Origin: Gammaproteobacteria bacterium
GTDB lineage: Bacteria; Pseudomonadota; Gammaproteobacteria; GRL18
Direction: 5' to 3'
Length of the DNA: 64,000 nt
Assembly: GCA_016744395.1 (NCBI GenBank)
Contig: JADGEK010000012.1
Coordinates: 2,986 to 66,985 of the forward strand
Shown one piece after another: positions 48,260 through 58,491 of this stretch (positions are counted from its first letter, which is position 1; every line of letters starts with the position of its first letter). A program made the translations under genes and the position numbers. Below the pieces are notes generated by a model, which saw nothing but the letters and a program-made list of their open reading frames with translations, searched no databases and had not been told where the DNA came from.

Positions 48260-49807
48260 ATTAACAATCGCTTCATCATTTTTTCTGATACGGATAACGA
48301 TACTGCCTGTATTGATAACACCCTTGAGTTTGCGGGGCTGTTACTTAAAAAAAACAAACTGGATGAATGTATCAATGGTTTATCCATTATTCATACGGGA
48401 GATTTCCTGGATAAAAAAGCGCCTGATCTGAATAGTATTGAGTATTGGCAAACCTTAGAACAGCAAGTGCAGGAAAGTGGTGGATTTGCCCATCTTTTGG
48501 CAGGGAATCATGAGCAGGAAATCTGGCAAAAGATCCAAAATGGCGAAACCTATGGACTCTCTGAAGATGACTTAAAAGTACTCTGTCGCTTTATTGAAAC
48601 ACTAGACTTATTCTATGTGGACGGCCCCTTACTCTTTATCCATGCCTACCCTACCCTGGAATTTTTGCGAGTACTTTTACACTACAAAGAAGTCACTGGC
48701 CATGCTCTTAATCAATTTAATAATGATCATTACAAAAAGTCCTTCAAGTCTGTTGAGTCTTTAAGCCAATACAGTTACACCAAAGGAAAGATGAGTGATC
48801 ATTATCTGCTTTATGATCTGGAAAATATCGCTTCTTATTATCGAAAAAATGGCTTGGAAATTACCACAATCCTAGAAAAACTGGAAATTGACTGCATTAT
48901 TCATGGACATCGACCACAGCGTTCCGGGGTACAAATCGACTATGAATTTAGTAAATGGCTCTCTGACATTCGAATGATTGGTAATGATACTCGAGTCAAA
49001 TCAGAGGGACTTGGTGCTACCCTGATACGCATGGATATCGGTCGGGCAGCACAAGTTATTTTTATTAACTCAAGAAACACCAATAAAAAGACTCGCAAGA
49101 AATTACGTCATCTGCTCCGCCTCTCTGCACCAGAATCAGCAACACTACAGCAAAAAATAACTGAATCAAAGCTATGTTGGGAACTCAACAAAAGAATTGA
49201 CCATATAAATCAGATCCATAAAGAATCTATGTTTGCTGTAGAGAATAAACTACAGGCTCAACGTACTTCACATTTATTACAACAAGAAGTACTACAGGAA
49301 GAGCTGCAGCAGAAAAATGACTTAAATTTTACCAACCGTGATCAAATAAAATCACTTGAAGCGAACATCAAACTATTAGAACACAAATTACAGCAACATG
49401 ATAAACAACAAACCACCGATCAAAATTTAAACAATAAAAAAGAAGTCCCTATCCTTGGAGTATCAAAATTTTCACTGGAAATAGCCAATAAACACAATAA
49501 TATTACCGAAAAAACTCTGGAAAGTCTGGAACAGTCCAGTATGCAGCTACAGCAGGAATTGAAAAAAAGTAATGAGACCCGCAAGCAGGCGGTGGATTAT
49601 TTACGCGTCTGTCATGAAGCTAATCAAAATATGAACAAAAATCTCAAACAATGTTCTGATGACAAAACTGAATTAGAAAAAGCCTATCATGATATACAAA
49701 AAATAAAATCGACAGAAAAAAAAGAAAACACACCTGACAAAGAAACGATTTATATTGCTATTATTTCTTCCGTTTTAACGGGTTTGGCTGTTTTTTTCCT
49801 TTTTTAA
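48260..49807 (+). CDS. Metallophosphoesterase + coiled coil + C-terminal membrane anchor
   Basis: The frame is open from 48224. FSDTD and HTGDFLDK lie upstream of the track's GTG (48467), followed by AGNHE, FIHA and IHGHRP. Probable ATT start at 48260 after the SD AGGTGAT. Confidence 0.75.
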   Translation: MNNRFIIFSDTDNDTACIDNTLEFAGLLLKKNKLDECINGLSIIHTGDFLDKKAPDLNSIEYWQTLEQQVQESGGFAHLLAGNHEQEIWQKIQNGETYGLSEDDLKVLCRFIETLDLFYVDGPLLFIHAYPTLEFLRVLLHYKEVTGHALNQFNNDHYKKSFKSVESLSQYSYTKGKMSDHYLLYDLENIASYYRKNGLEITTILEKLEIDCIIHGHRPQRSGVQIDYEFSKWLSDIRMIGNDTRVKSEGLGATLIRMDIGRAAQVIFINSRNTNKKTRKKLRHLLRLSAPESATLQQKITESKLCWELNKRIDHINQIHKESMFAVENKLQAQRTSHLLQQEVLQEELQQKNDLNFTNRDQIKSLEANIKLLEHKLQQHDKQQTTDQNLNNKKEVPILGVSKFSLEIANKHNNITEKTLESLEQSSMQLQQELKKSNETRKQAVDYLRVCHEANQNMNKNLKQCSDDKTELEKAYHDIQKIKSTEKKENTPDKETIYIAIISSVLTGLAVFFLF

Positions 49808-49906
49808 CTTAAGCTGGAAGTCTGGAGTATTCATTTAAATCAAAGTAAACTAGCTTACTGAGTATTATTTATCCGATTAAAATAAGTGTGACAGGCAGAA
49901 ATAAAA

Positions 49907-51445
49907 ATGACCCTAACTGACATTGAGCCTTTTCAGTTTTTTTTGAACAAACCATTAATAACCACGAAAAACTCTCTAAGTATCACTGCTGAATTATATC
50001 TTAAACAGACAGAGGTAACTGTTGACAGTGCTTATTGCCTGGATGATTTTGAAAGCAGTCTGAAAGCTTCTAAACGTTTATTAATACGCTATAAAAATAA
50101 CTTATTACTTTTGCAGACCAGTATTCCTGGAGCACTCAGTCAAAAATGTCCGTCTAAATGGCGCTTTATCCCACAATTAGAAGATGGTGAAGTCAAAAAT
50201 AAGCTTAGCAATTGCAGCTCAATCCGGGCATTTTTACCTGGTGATAAAACTCAGCTGCTCATAGAGCAATACAGCTTGCTGGACGACGATCTCAAAACAA
50301 TTGCCCGTTGCACCTTATATCATCTGAATAATGCTGATAAGTCTTTTATTCTAGGCATAACACAGCCTTTGCGAGGTTATGACCATGAGCATGAATTGTT
50401 TCAGAAATTTCTTTATGAGCAAGGTGCCGTTGCCATAGATTCATATAATGATGTTTATGCACAATGCGGTTTCGATCAGCCCCTCTATAAAGCCAAACCC
50501 AAACTAGAACTCGCAGTGGATACTCCAGCCATTGAGACAACGAATCATCTTATTCAGGTTTTTATGGCCATTGCCCGGCAAAATGAAGATGGGATAAAAG
50601 CTGATTACGACACTGAATTTTTGCATGATTATCGGGTTAGTTTAAGAAAAGTCCGCTCTGTTTTAAGTCTCTTTAAGGGAGTCTATAGTGAAGCTGAAAA
50701 TATTGCATTAAAACAGTCATTTTCAGATATTATGAAAGGCACAAATCAATTGCGTGATTTGGATGTTTATTTACTAGACAAGCAGGAGTTAGTCAGCTTA
50801 TTACCTGAACGTATGCATGCTGGTCTGGAACAGATGTTTGATGCTTTTTCTGTGGAGCGAAAGAAACAGCTGCAACAAGTCACTAAAATGTTAAATAGTA
50901 AAAGCTATCAACAGGCAATAGCCGCCTTACAAGAAAAATTCAGTAACACAGAAAACTTACAATCAGGGCCAAAAGCCTTAATTGCCTCTTTGCCTTTTGC
51001 AACCAAGCTGATCTGGAAGCGTTATACTAAAGTCTGTCAGATAGCCCGGCAAATTACAGCTGAAACACCCGATGAAGAAGTCCATCAGTTGCGTATTCAA
51101 TGTAAAAAATTACGTTATTTAATGGAATTTTTCTCTGACTTATTCCCGCAAAAAATGCTCAAACATCTGATCAAAGCCCTGAAACGACTTCAGGATAACT
51201 TGGGTCGCTTTAATGATTTTTCTGTACAGCAGGAATCATTGCAGGAATTTCTCAGCACTTATGCAAAGAAACACCGCAATAAAAATTTAATTGCCATGGC
51301 CGAAAGTATTGGAGCACTGATTATTTTATTACAACAAAAACAGTGTCGTGAACGGGATCAGGTCATGCAATCTTTTTCTTCTTTTGACAGTCTCAAAATA
51401 AGAGATGAATTTTCTCAAGTTTTCCATCATGGTATCAATCAATGA
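49907..51445 (+). CDS. CHAD-domain protein
   Basis: EFLHDYRVSLRKVRS, RDLDVY, EEVHQLRIQCKKLRYLME, LQDNLG.FND. Confidence 0.9.
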   Translation: MTLTDIEPFQFFLNKPLITTKNSLSITAELYLKQTEVTVDSAYCLDDFESSLKASKRLLIRYKNNLLLLQTSIPGALSQKCPSKWRFIPQLEDGEVKNKLSNCSSIRAFLPGDKTQLLIEQYSLLDDDLKTIARCTLYHLNNADKSFILGITQPLRGYDHEHELFQKFLYEQGAVAIDSYNDVYAQCGFDQPLYKAKPKLELAVDTPAIETTNHLIQVFMAIARQNEDGIKADYDTEFLHDYRVSLRKVRSVLSLFKGVYSEAENIALKQSFSDIMKGTNQLRDLDVYLLDKQELVSLLPERMHAGLEQMFDAFSVERKKQLQQVTKMLNSKSYQQAIAALQEKFSNTENLQSGPKALIASLPFATKLIWKRYTKVCQIARQITAETPDEEVHQLRIQCKKLRYLMEFFSDLFPQKMLKHLIKALKRLQDNLGRFNDFSVQQESLQEFLSTYAKKHRNKNLIAMAESIGALIILLQQKQCRERDQVMQSFSSFDSLKIRDEFSQVFHHGINQ

Positions 51446-52182
51446 AAATAATTGCCTGTTATAGTAATAAGGGTGGTGTCGGTAAAACGGCCACTTCTGT
51501 TAATCTGGCTTATGCTAGTGCCCATGCGGGTAAGCGTACTCTCTTATGTGATTTAGATCCTCAGGGTGCCGCCAGCTTTTATTATCGTATCAAACCCTCT
51601 CGTAAACTGGCTGAACAGGCTTTTTTTAAAGATGTCGATAAGTTTACCCGAGCCATTCGAGCCAGTGATTTTGACAACCTGGATATCATTCCTGCTAATA
51701 TGACTTATCGGGATTTTGATATTTTTCTATCCCGTATGAAAAACAGCCGCTCTCGTCTAAAAAAAGCCTTGAGTGCTCTGCATAATGAGTATGATGTCAT
51801 CATACTGGATTGTCCACCCAATATATCCCGCTTATCAGAAAATATATTTAAAGTATCTGATTCAATTATTGTCCCAGTGATACCAACCACCTTATCCGAG
51901 AGAACTTTTTTTCAGCTTCTTGATTTTTTCAAAGAAAACAAACTGAATAAGAAAAAATTATTACCCTTCTTTTCCATGGCACAAAAACAGAAAAAACTTC
52001 ATAAAGAAACCATGGCAAGACTACGCAAACAATATAAACGATTTTTATCAACACCCATTCCTTTTTCATCCGATATTGAAAAAATGGGGATTCACCGTGC
52101 TCCAGTACTAAGCTATGCAAAATCAAAAGCAGCAGCCAAGGCCTATAAAGCCTTATGGCATGAAATCAGTAATAAGTTTTAA
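51442..52182 (+). CDS. Orphan ParA/MinD-family ATPase
   Basis: KGGVGKT deviant Walker A, DLDPQG, ILDCPP; ATGA-coupled to the CHAD gene; no parB in the window. Confidence 0.92.
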   Translation: MKIIACYSNKGGVGKTATSVNLAYASAHAGKRTLLCDLDPQGAASFYYRIKPSRKLAEQAFFKDVDKFTRAIRASDFDNLDIIPANMTYRDFDIFLSRMKNSRSRLKKALSALHNEYDVIILDCPPNISRLSENIFKVSDSIIVPVIPTTLSERTFFQLLDFFKENKLNKKKLLPFFSMAQKQKKLHKETMARLRKQYKRFLSTPIPFSSDIEKMGIHRAPVLSYAKSKAAAKAYKALWHEISNKF

Positions 52183-52187
52183 TCCGT

Positions 52188-52213
52188 GTGCATCCGTCTA
52201 TTTACGGATGCAC
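52188..52213. terminator. Perfect 10-bp hairpin (terminator or REP-like)
   Basis: GTGCATCCGT-ctattt-ACGGATGCAC, 6 nt after the parA stop. No U-tract, so it could be a REP remnant. Confidence 0.55.
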
Positions 52214-52352
52214 CGCATCTAAAGAGTTATTCATTGCGGTTTACATTGCCTCTAATTGCAGTATTCTTTCACTGCATAGGTGGTGTATCAACTGTTCTTC
52301 TTGTTCTTTATACGCTCATACTTTACAGAGTATCTCCAGAGACAAAATCAAT

Positions 52353-52991
52353 CTATAAATACTTTAAGGCTTTTTTAAACCCCTCTCGCTCTATGATACG
52401 AGCATAATAATCATCAATACATTTGTTTTTAAATTTTATATTATTTTCATGAGCCCAGTGCAGGCTATGAGCTAAAAGAATATCTGCTGCCGAAAATGAC
52501 TGCCCTAAAATCCAATTATTATTACTAAGACCCTGTTCTAAAATGTTTAAAACCATTCTAAATTCATACAATGCTGTTCTTAATATTTCAGGCACTTGAT
52601 ATTTCTGAGGCAGTGAAAATTGATGTTTAGCCATTGTCCATAGTGGTTGCTCAAATTCACAGAGGGCAAAAAAGCACCATTGATTATAATTTGCTCTAGC
52701 TAATGTGCCACATTCAGGTATGTAAATATCACTTTTTCCTGAATGGTTTACATATTTATCACCTAAATAGGTAATGATGGCTGCAGATTCAGTTAATATC
52801 AGTTCCTGATCAACAAGAACCGGGACTTTCCCAGATGGATTAAGCTTAAGAAAGAATTCTTCTTCAAGCTGACCCTTGTTGGGGTTTAATTTATGATACT
52901 CAAACTGAACATTGAGTTCCTGGAACATCCAAATAACTCGAAATGAACGTGAATTTCCAAAACCATACAGTTTCATCAATGATTGACTCAA
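52353..52991 (-). CDS. Glutathione S-transferase
   Basis: SRSFRV.W...EL, LNPSGKVPVL, ESAAI..YL, FSAADI. Confidence 0.92.
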   Translation of the reverse strand: MSQSLMKLYGFGNSRSFRVIWMFQELNVQFEYHKLNPNKGQLEEEFFLKLNPSGKVPVLVDQELILTESAAIITYLGDKYVNHSGKSDIYIPECGTLARANYNQWCFFALCEFEQPLWTMAKHQFSLPQKYQVPEILRTALYEFRMVLNILEQGLSNNNWILGQSFSAADILLAHSLHWAHENNIKFKNKCIDDYYARIIEREGFKKALKYL

Positions 52992-53024
52992 TAATTTAGT
53001 TTCAATACGAATGTATTGTCTTGC

Positions 53025-54068
53025 TTAAAGCAGCCCTTTTATTAGAGGGTAGAATGAAATGGCCAAAGCGGTAGCTCCCATAAGGATTGCGATAATACTC
53101 AATAGATTAGAATTTTTATCGGCTTTTGACTCAATAATTTCTTCTAATATTTGAAGTTTTCTATTATGTTGAGCTAATTGATCTTGTATTTTAGATTCAA
53201 TCAGGCTTTGTGCTACTTCATGCTCTAATAGAACTGACACATAAGTAGACAAGTTGTTTTCAATAGCGGAATGAATTTTTGTATCCACAATTTCATTGAT
53301 CGTTGAATTAATGAGAGCATTGATGTCAACCGCATCTTGTTCTGCTTTAAATTCATTAAAACGATTATTGATAGACTCTTCAATATCAACTTTTAATTCT
53401 CGCAGTGAATTATTATCAATTTTTGAAACCTTATCATCAATGTAGCTATAAGTACCTTCAAGTGATTTTTTGACCGTAAAAATCACTTTTTCTTCCAGTT
53501 GCTCCGATAGTGCTCTGAGTTGTTCATTGGAGTTGTTTGCACATTCTTCAGTAAAAGTGGCGATCTGTGTTGAAGCGACTTGATTGGCCACTTTTTCAGC
53601 AATACTAGTCGCTAGATCAGAAATGGGTTGTTGAAAACTCTTCAACATGTCATCCTTATTGATAGACGGTTCAAGTGGAGTGACTTCAGCTTCTTGCTGA
53701 CTGAAGTCATTAATAACGGTTTCAAGGGGTTCTGTCGATGATGACTTGCACATATAACCAGCAGCACCTAGAGAAAAAGCTTTTTGCTTATCTTCGTCTG
53801 ATTCTTTCCCCGTACACATTACAATAGGGATATTAGAGAATTTTGGATTGGAGTGAATTTGAGTCGTTGCTTCAAAGCCATCCATTCCCGGCATCAAACA
53901 GTCCATAAAAATAATGTCAGGCAATGATTCATTTTGTTCTAAAAAGTCAATTGACGCTTCACCAGAATCCACCATATTGACTGAAATACCACGGCTGGCT
54001 AACTGTTTTTTTAGTACAACGCGAGCCATTTGAGAGTCATCAACGATTAGGGCTGATTTGATTTCCAT
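53025..54068 (-). CDS. Receiver-domain protein with coiled coil and C-terminal TM
   Basis: LIVDDS, IFMDCLMPGMDG, MCT, K; long helical region; hydrophobic C-terminus. Confidence 0.85.
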   Translation of the reverse strand: MEIKSALIVDDSQMARVVLKKQLASRGISVNMVDSGEASIDFLEQNESLPDIIFMDCLMPGMDGFEATTQIHSNPKFSNIPIVMCTGKESDEDKQKAFSLGAAGYMCKSSSTEPLETVINDFSQQEAEVTPLEPSINKDDMLKSFQQPISDLATSIAEKVANQVASTQIATFTEECANNSNEQLRALSEQLEEKVIFTVKKSLEGTYSYIDDKVSKIDNNSLRELKVDIEESINNRFNEFKAEQDAVDINALINSTINEIVDTKIHSAIENNLSTYVSVLLEHEVAQSLIESKIQDQLAQHNRKLQILEEIIESKADKNSNLLSIIAILMGATALAISFYPLIKGLL

Positions 54069-54082
54069 ACTGAAATTCCTTT

Positions 54083-54784
54083 CTATTTTTTCATAAAAGT
54101 CAGAATATTGAGATAATGTTTAAGATAATATTCTGCTTCTTTTTGAATTTGTTTTTGTTTAAATTCAGATTGTGTTGCTAGCTGATGGGGTGAATTATCA
54201 AGCCAATCTATACATGATACCCATAACGTCTTTTTCCCTGTCAAAGTAAACGCCGTTAAGCTACCTTGCTTTCTAAGTCGACGTTGAGAGATAATTACCT
54301 TATGTTTAACTTGCTCAAGCTGATCTTTGAGTGGTTTACTCAGATCAAACTCGACAGACTGAATCAGTTCATGTTTATTGGTTTCTGCAGGGTTGTCAGG
54401 TGCGTCATACTCAGGCGGTAAGGGACGCCATGTTATATCAACCTCTAAAGCAGTTAAATCAGGATTATTTGGAAATTGAAAGAAGCCCCATTTATTACCC
54501 ATCCAACACTCTATTAATAGCTTATCATCTGAAATAGAACAGTGACCATCTTGTTCTGAAGAAGGATCAACAATTTTATAGGATCGAGGGTCCTGCTTCC
54601 ATGCTTGATAGTCCATATCAGGTGAGCGCCCATAGTCTTTTTCAAGGGCACGCCACTGTTTAATGAACCACTTATAATCCATCTGATAGTCAGGATTTCG
54701 GCGAAGAAATTCCCAGGCCCATTGCTCTTTATTAAGTGAATGAGTATATGAGTAATCAGGTCTATTTAATTGGGCAATTTCCAA
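54083..54784 (-). CDS. DUF6499-domain (FseA/Msi172 N-terminal-like) putative regulator
   Basis: WAWEFLRRNPDYQ.DY and FDLSKPL..QL motifs. Confidence 0.65.
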   Translation of the reverse strand: MEIAQLNRPDYSYTHSLNKEQWAWEFLRRNPDYQMDYKWFIKQWRALEKDYGRSPDMDYQAWKQDPRSYKIVDPSSEQDGHCSISDDKLLIECWMGNKWGFFQFPNNPDLTALEVDITWRPLPPEYDAPDNPAETNKHELIQSVEFDLSKPLKDQLEQVKHKVIISQRRLRKQGSLTAFTLTGKKTLWVSCIDWLDNSPHQLATQSEFKQKQIQKEAEYYLKHYLNILTFMKK

Positions 54785-55776
54785 AATTGTAAAATACCTC
54801 TTGAGGTTTCACTGATTAATTGGTGTGATTGCTTAGAAAAAGCCATGGTTGTCACATTAGCGAGAGATGACTGCCAAACATAGCGTCGTTTGGGCTTCTT
54901 TGTCATGAGTTTATTACCTGTTTTAATATCCCATAGAATGATTTCTTCTCTGGAATAACCTGTAGCAATGGTTTTGCTGTCAGCTGAAAAGACAGCTGAA
55001 GCCACTGTTGCTCTGATTTTATTGAGGCGACGAACTAATTTTCCAGTATGTGTATTCCAAATAAAAATTCCATCAGAGGCTGCATTGGTCATAGCGTATT
55101 GACCATCAGGAGAGAGCTGTACTTTGGATACTTTAGAAATATGTGACCAGGTATATTTTAGTTCACCTGTTTGTAAATCCCATAAGCGTGCTTTGGTATC
55201 ATCTGAGCCAGATAAAGCATAACGTCCATCGGCTGAAAGAGCGACACTGGTGATAATATCATCGTGATAAAAACCGTATTTAATCCCGCCAGTCCGTAAA
55301 TGAAAATAAACAATTCGATAGAGTGGGTATTGGCCACTTTTGTCTCGTGCTGAAACCAACGCATATTCACCGTCACTGGACAGTTTAATTGCACGAATAT
55401 CATCCATTGACCAAAAATAAAGCACTTTATTCGCTTTTAAACTGAACAAAGCCATTGTTCCCTGTTCAGCTGTCACAACAAATTCATTATTGGCAGAAAA
55501 ATCCGCTGCAATCACACCTGCCTTAGGAGAATTATCATGTTGCCATTGAGAAATGACTTTATTTGTTTTGGCTTCAATTAATTCAACATAGCCTTGAGAG
55601 TGAGCAATCAATACGTATTGACCATCATGGGATAAGGTAATACTAATCGCATTATCTGTATGCTCAATAGTCTTATCGGCCTGGTCATAAAGACAACCAC
55701 TCAATAAAACGATGAATAAACAAAGCAATAGAAAAATTGATGTTTTGAGAAGCTTCTTCTTAAAAAAAATAAACAT
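54766..55776 (-). CDS. WD40-repeat lipoprotein
   Basis: Lipobox LSG-C; repeats such as H.D.ITSVALS.DG.YALSGS.D..ARLWD. Confidence 0.88.
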   Translation of the reverse strand: MFIFFKKKLLKTSIFLLLCLFIVLLSGCLYDQADKTIEHTDNAISITLSHDGQYVLIAHSQGYVELIEAKTNKVISQWQHDNSPKAGVIAADFSANNEFVVTAEQGTMALFSLKANKVLYFWSMDDIRAIKLSSDGEYALVSARDKSGQYPLYRIVYFHLRTGGIKYGFYHDDIITSVALSADGRYALSGSDDTKARLWDLQTGELKYTWSHISKVSKVQLSPDGQYAMTNAASDGIFIWNTHTGKLVRRLNKIRATVASAVFSADSKTIATGYSREEIILWDIKTGNKLMTKKPKRRYVWQSSLANVTTMAFSKQSHQLISETSRGILQFWKLPN

Positions 55777-55821
55777 TAGATCCTCAATCTTGTTATAGGA
55801 GCGAAATTAACACGGTTAAAA

Positions 55822-56244
55822 TTAATGCGAACGCTCAAATAGGAACTGTCGGTATTTTTCATCGCCTTCTTGAAAAACACTCTCACCCTCTAGATCATAC
55901 GCCAGTTGAAGTTCATCCCTTGCGCATTGAGTGTCTTCTAATTCAAAACAACAAATACCTAATAACAAATGAACCAACGGGTTATTGATCGCACCACTGC
56001 AAATTATTGCTTCAAGAAGCTTTTCTTTCGCTAAATTAAAATCATCTAAAGTAAGCAAGCATTCTGCCTGACCTAGTTTAATCCACAAAGCAGCATCCCA
56101 TAGTTGCTTGGGTTCAGGTAATGTATTCCAGGCTTTTTGATATTCTGTAATCGCTTGTGAAAACTCTTCATTTTCAATTAAATGCTCAGCTTTACTGTTA
56201 AAAGCTTCTAATTTTCTAAATAATTTATCTTCTAGCATCATCAT
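55822..56244 (-). CDS. TPR-like protein
   Basis: A...Y..AW..LPEPK..W, NP.VHL.LG.C.FEL, AY..EG..VF..D.KY. Confidence 0.75.
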   Translation of the reverse strand: MMMLEDKLFRKLEAFNSKAEHLIENEEFSQAITEYQKAWNTLPEPKQLWDAALWIKLGQAECLLTLDDFNLAKEKLLEAIICSGAINNPLVHLLLGICCFELEDTQCARDELQLAYDLEGESVFQEGDEKYRQFLFERSH

Positions 56245-56258
56245 TAAGCACCGAATTT

Positions 56259-58376
56259 CTAAGCATATAATTTTCTATATTCATCTGTCAGGTCAATCAT
56301 TTCTGCAAAGCCAATGATTTCTTTATACTCCTGATTCAATAGTTTAGCAGAGGCTTTATTTAAAGTTTCGACTTTATCTAAAGTCATATTACGATACAGT
56401 TTATCAACAACCAAATTATTCATAAACTTTATATTGATGCAAACTCCATTATTGTTCAGAATAAATGCAACGAGACGCTCAAGTTGCTCATTGTTAATTA
56501 ATTCAAAGTCTGTGATTGAAAAAATACTTTTATTCCCCAATTCATCCGTATCTATATAGAGAAATAACATAAAACTCTGTGTATTTTTATCCGATGCTTT
56601 AACTGTACGCTGATGAAATTCATTGAGTCGTAGTTCAGTGGTTAAAAAACGAAAATCATAACCATGCCCTTGGACATATAATTTTTCTGCAAATTGATTT
56701 GGGGTTTCAGTCATTCCAATTTCACGAATGTAATGATGGTTGGTTCTATCTCTGGTAATGACAATGGGAATAGTCTGAATATTTTCAGTCACAAAGGCTT
56801 CATAAAATGTAGTATTAACCGTATCTATTTTATCTCTTAAACACAACTCTAACTTCGCCCGATTCCGTTTAACCAGTTTAGTGAAAAATTGATTAATGGT
56901 TCTATGACATTCATTGGTATTGCGAATAACACCCAGAAAAAGGCCATCATTTCTCTTTCTGGAAATCATAATGCGATGTGGGATGTTTTTTAACTCAGTG
57001 GAAATACCTTTTATCATTAGACTGGAAAAAGTAATTTCAACGGATGAACCGTTTGGAATATCAACCTCTTGCGTGATTACTAAGCCTAATCCTGAACGGG
57101 AAAAATCAATGGTTTTAGCAGAGTATGTCAGATTATTAAATTTAATTGAAACATCCATTTCGTATTGATAACGAGGGTCATAGCGATGATGTTCAACATT
57201 AAAACTGACAATTTCAGGATGGCGTAATTCAGTTTGATCAAATGTATCAATGACATGTGCATCAGCCATTCTTATTTTTTGGTTATTTCTGATAACTGAT
57301 AGAGTAATAACTTCGCCCGCATTAAATTTTAAAGGCTGTAAAAAGATGGCCTGTCGACAAAATATTTTAGTAATATCAATAAAAATGACCTGAGCAATGG
57401 ATTCTGAAGCGCGTTTATCAATGACCTTGGAGGCCATCGCATCAATGCGTTGGATTTTACTCAACATTGCCGTAATTTTTTCTGCTACAGGCTTTCTATT
57501 AAGATTTGTCATGGTCTTAAATATTCGACCTTTACAGGTTTTTACTTTGAAAGCGACTTGTGACATTTCATCTTTAGTTTGTAATTCAAAATCAAAAACA
57601 GAATGAAAATTATTCTTTTCCCAATAGGTAAACAAGATTGAAGATTCATTATTACGAGCCATCTTTGCAAATTTTTCAATTCGATGTGGGATACAAAAAG
57701 CATCAAATTGGGGTGCTTTTGTCTCATTGCTCAGATACTCAAAAAAGTGTTTGTTTCGGTCGGTTTGTATAACCGTATCAATATAAAACCCCAGTTCTTG
57801 TGTCCAATGAACAAACATAGGGACATGTTGCATATTAACAGAATATAAGTTCTCATAATATTGTGCTTTAGACGCGCAAATTCGATCAGTGGCATCTATT
57901 TTATATCGTAGTCGATTGCCCGTAATGAAACGTTGAAAGAAATCCATTGTCGATGATGAAAGATTCGACTGAATTAAACTAATGTATGTTTTTTCACCAA
58001 CATGTTTAACCTCTTTAATCAAATATTCTATTGTCTCAAAGGGGGTAAACTCATCGACACCACCGATTATGGAGTTTTGACTTTCAACAAATTTATCAAA
58101 GGTTATTGCCACCTTTGTACCTTCCTGAATGAAGGTTCTGGGCATAAATATTTGTAAACCATTGACGGAAAGGTTTTTGCTTTTGACTGAATACTTAATA
58201 CCAGAGTAATTCATCGTTAAAGGCATGACATAAAGTAAACGAGGTTCATTTCGTTTAACAAAATAGCCTAAGGGAAAAATATTAGGTTGATAACTCCCGA
58301 TATTATCAGGAATTTGTTGTTTGATCTTTTTAAAGTAACTCTTATCAGAGGATGATTTGTCAGCTATTGTCGGCAT
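56259..58376 (-). CDS. Tandem PilZ-domain protein
   Basis: RNEPR...NLSVNG and RYDPR...DFSRSG (RxxxR and D/NxSxxG, twice). Confidence 0.85.
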   Translation of the reverse strand: MPTIADKSSSDKSYFKKIKQQIPDNIGSYQPNIFPLGYFVKRNEPRLLYVMPLTMNYSGIKYSVKSKNLSVNGLQIFMPRTFIQEGTKVAITFDKFVESQNSIIGGVDEFTPFETIEYLIKEVKHVGEKTYISLIQSNLSSSTMDFFQRFITGNRLRYKIDATDRICASKAQYYENLYSVNMQHVPMFVHWTQELGFYIDTVIQTDRNKHFFEYLSNETKAPQFDAFCIPHRIEKFAKMARNNESSILFTYWEKNNFHSVFDFELQTKDEMSQVAFKVKTCKGRIFKTMTNLNRKPVAEKITAMLSKIQRIDAMASKVIDKRASESIAQVIFIDITKIFCRQAIFLQPLKFNAGEVITLSVIRNNQKIRMADAHVIDTFDQTELRHPEIVSFNVEHHRYDPRYQYEMDVSIKFNNLTYSAKTIDFSRSGLGLVITQEVDIPNGSSVEITFSSLMIKGISTELKNIPHRIMISRKRNDGLFLGVIRNTNECHRTINQFFTKLVKRNRAKLELCLRDKIDTVNTTFYEAFVTENIQTIPIVITRDRTNHHYIREIGMTETPNQFAEKLYVQGHGYDFRFLTTELRLNEFHQRTVKASDKNTQSFMLFLYIDTDELGNKSIFSITDFELINNEQLERLVAFILNNNGVCINIKFMNNLVVDKLYRNMTLDKVETLNKASAKLLNQEYKEIIGFAEMIDLTDEYRKLYA

Positions 58377-58491
58377 AAATTTTTAAATGAATAACTTCTT
58401 TGTACCATTAATTGAATTTTGTTCAGTATAAGTAATATATAGCTGAAATATAATATTTGTCTATTGTTAATTGTTGATAATTTAGGTTTTT

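Noticed and set aside
52186..52407. 73-aa ORF after parA
   Set aside because: It starts inside the hairpin, overlaps the GST 3' end, and has no SD or motif.
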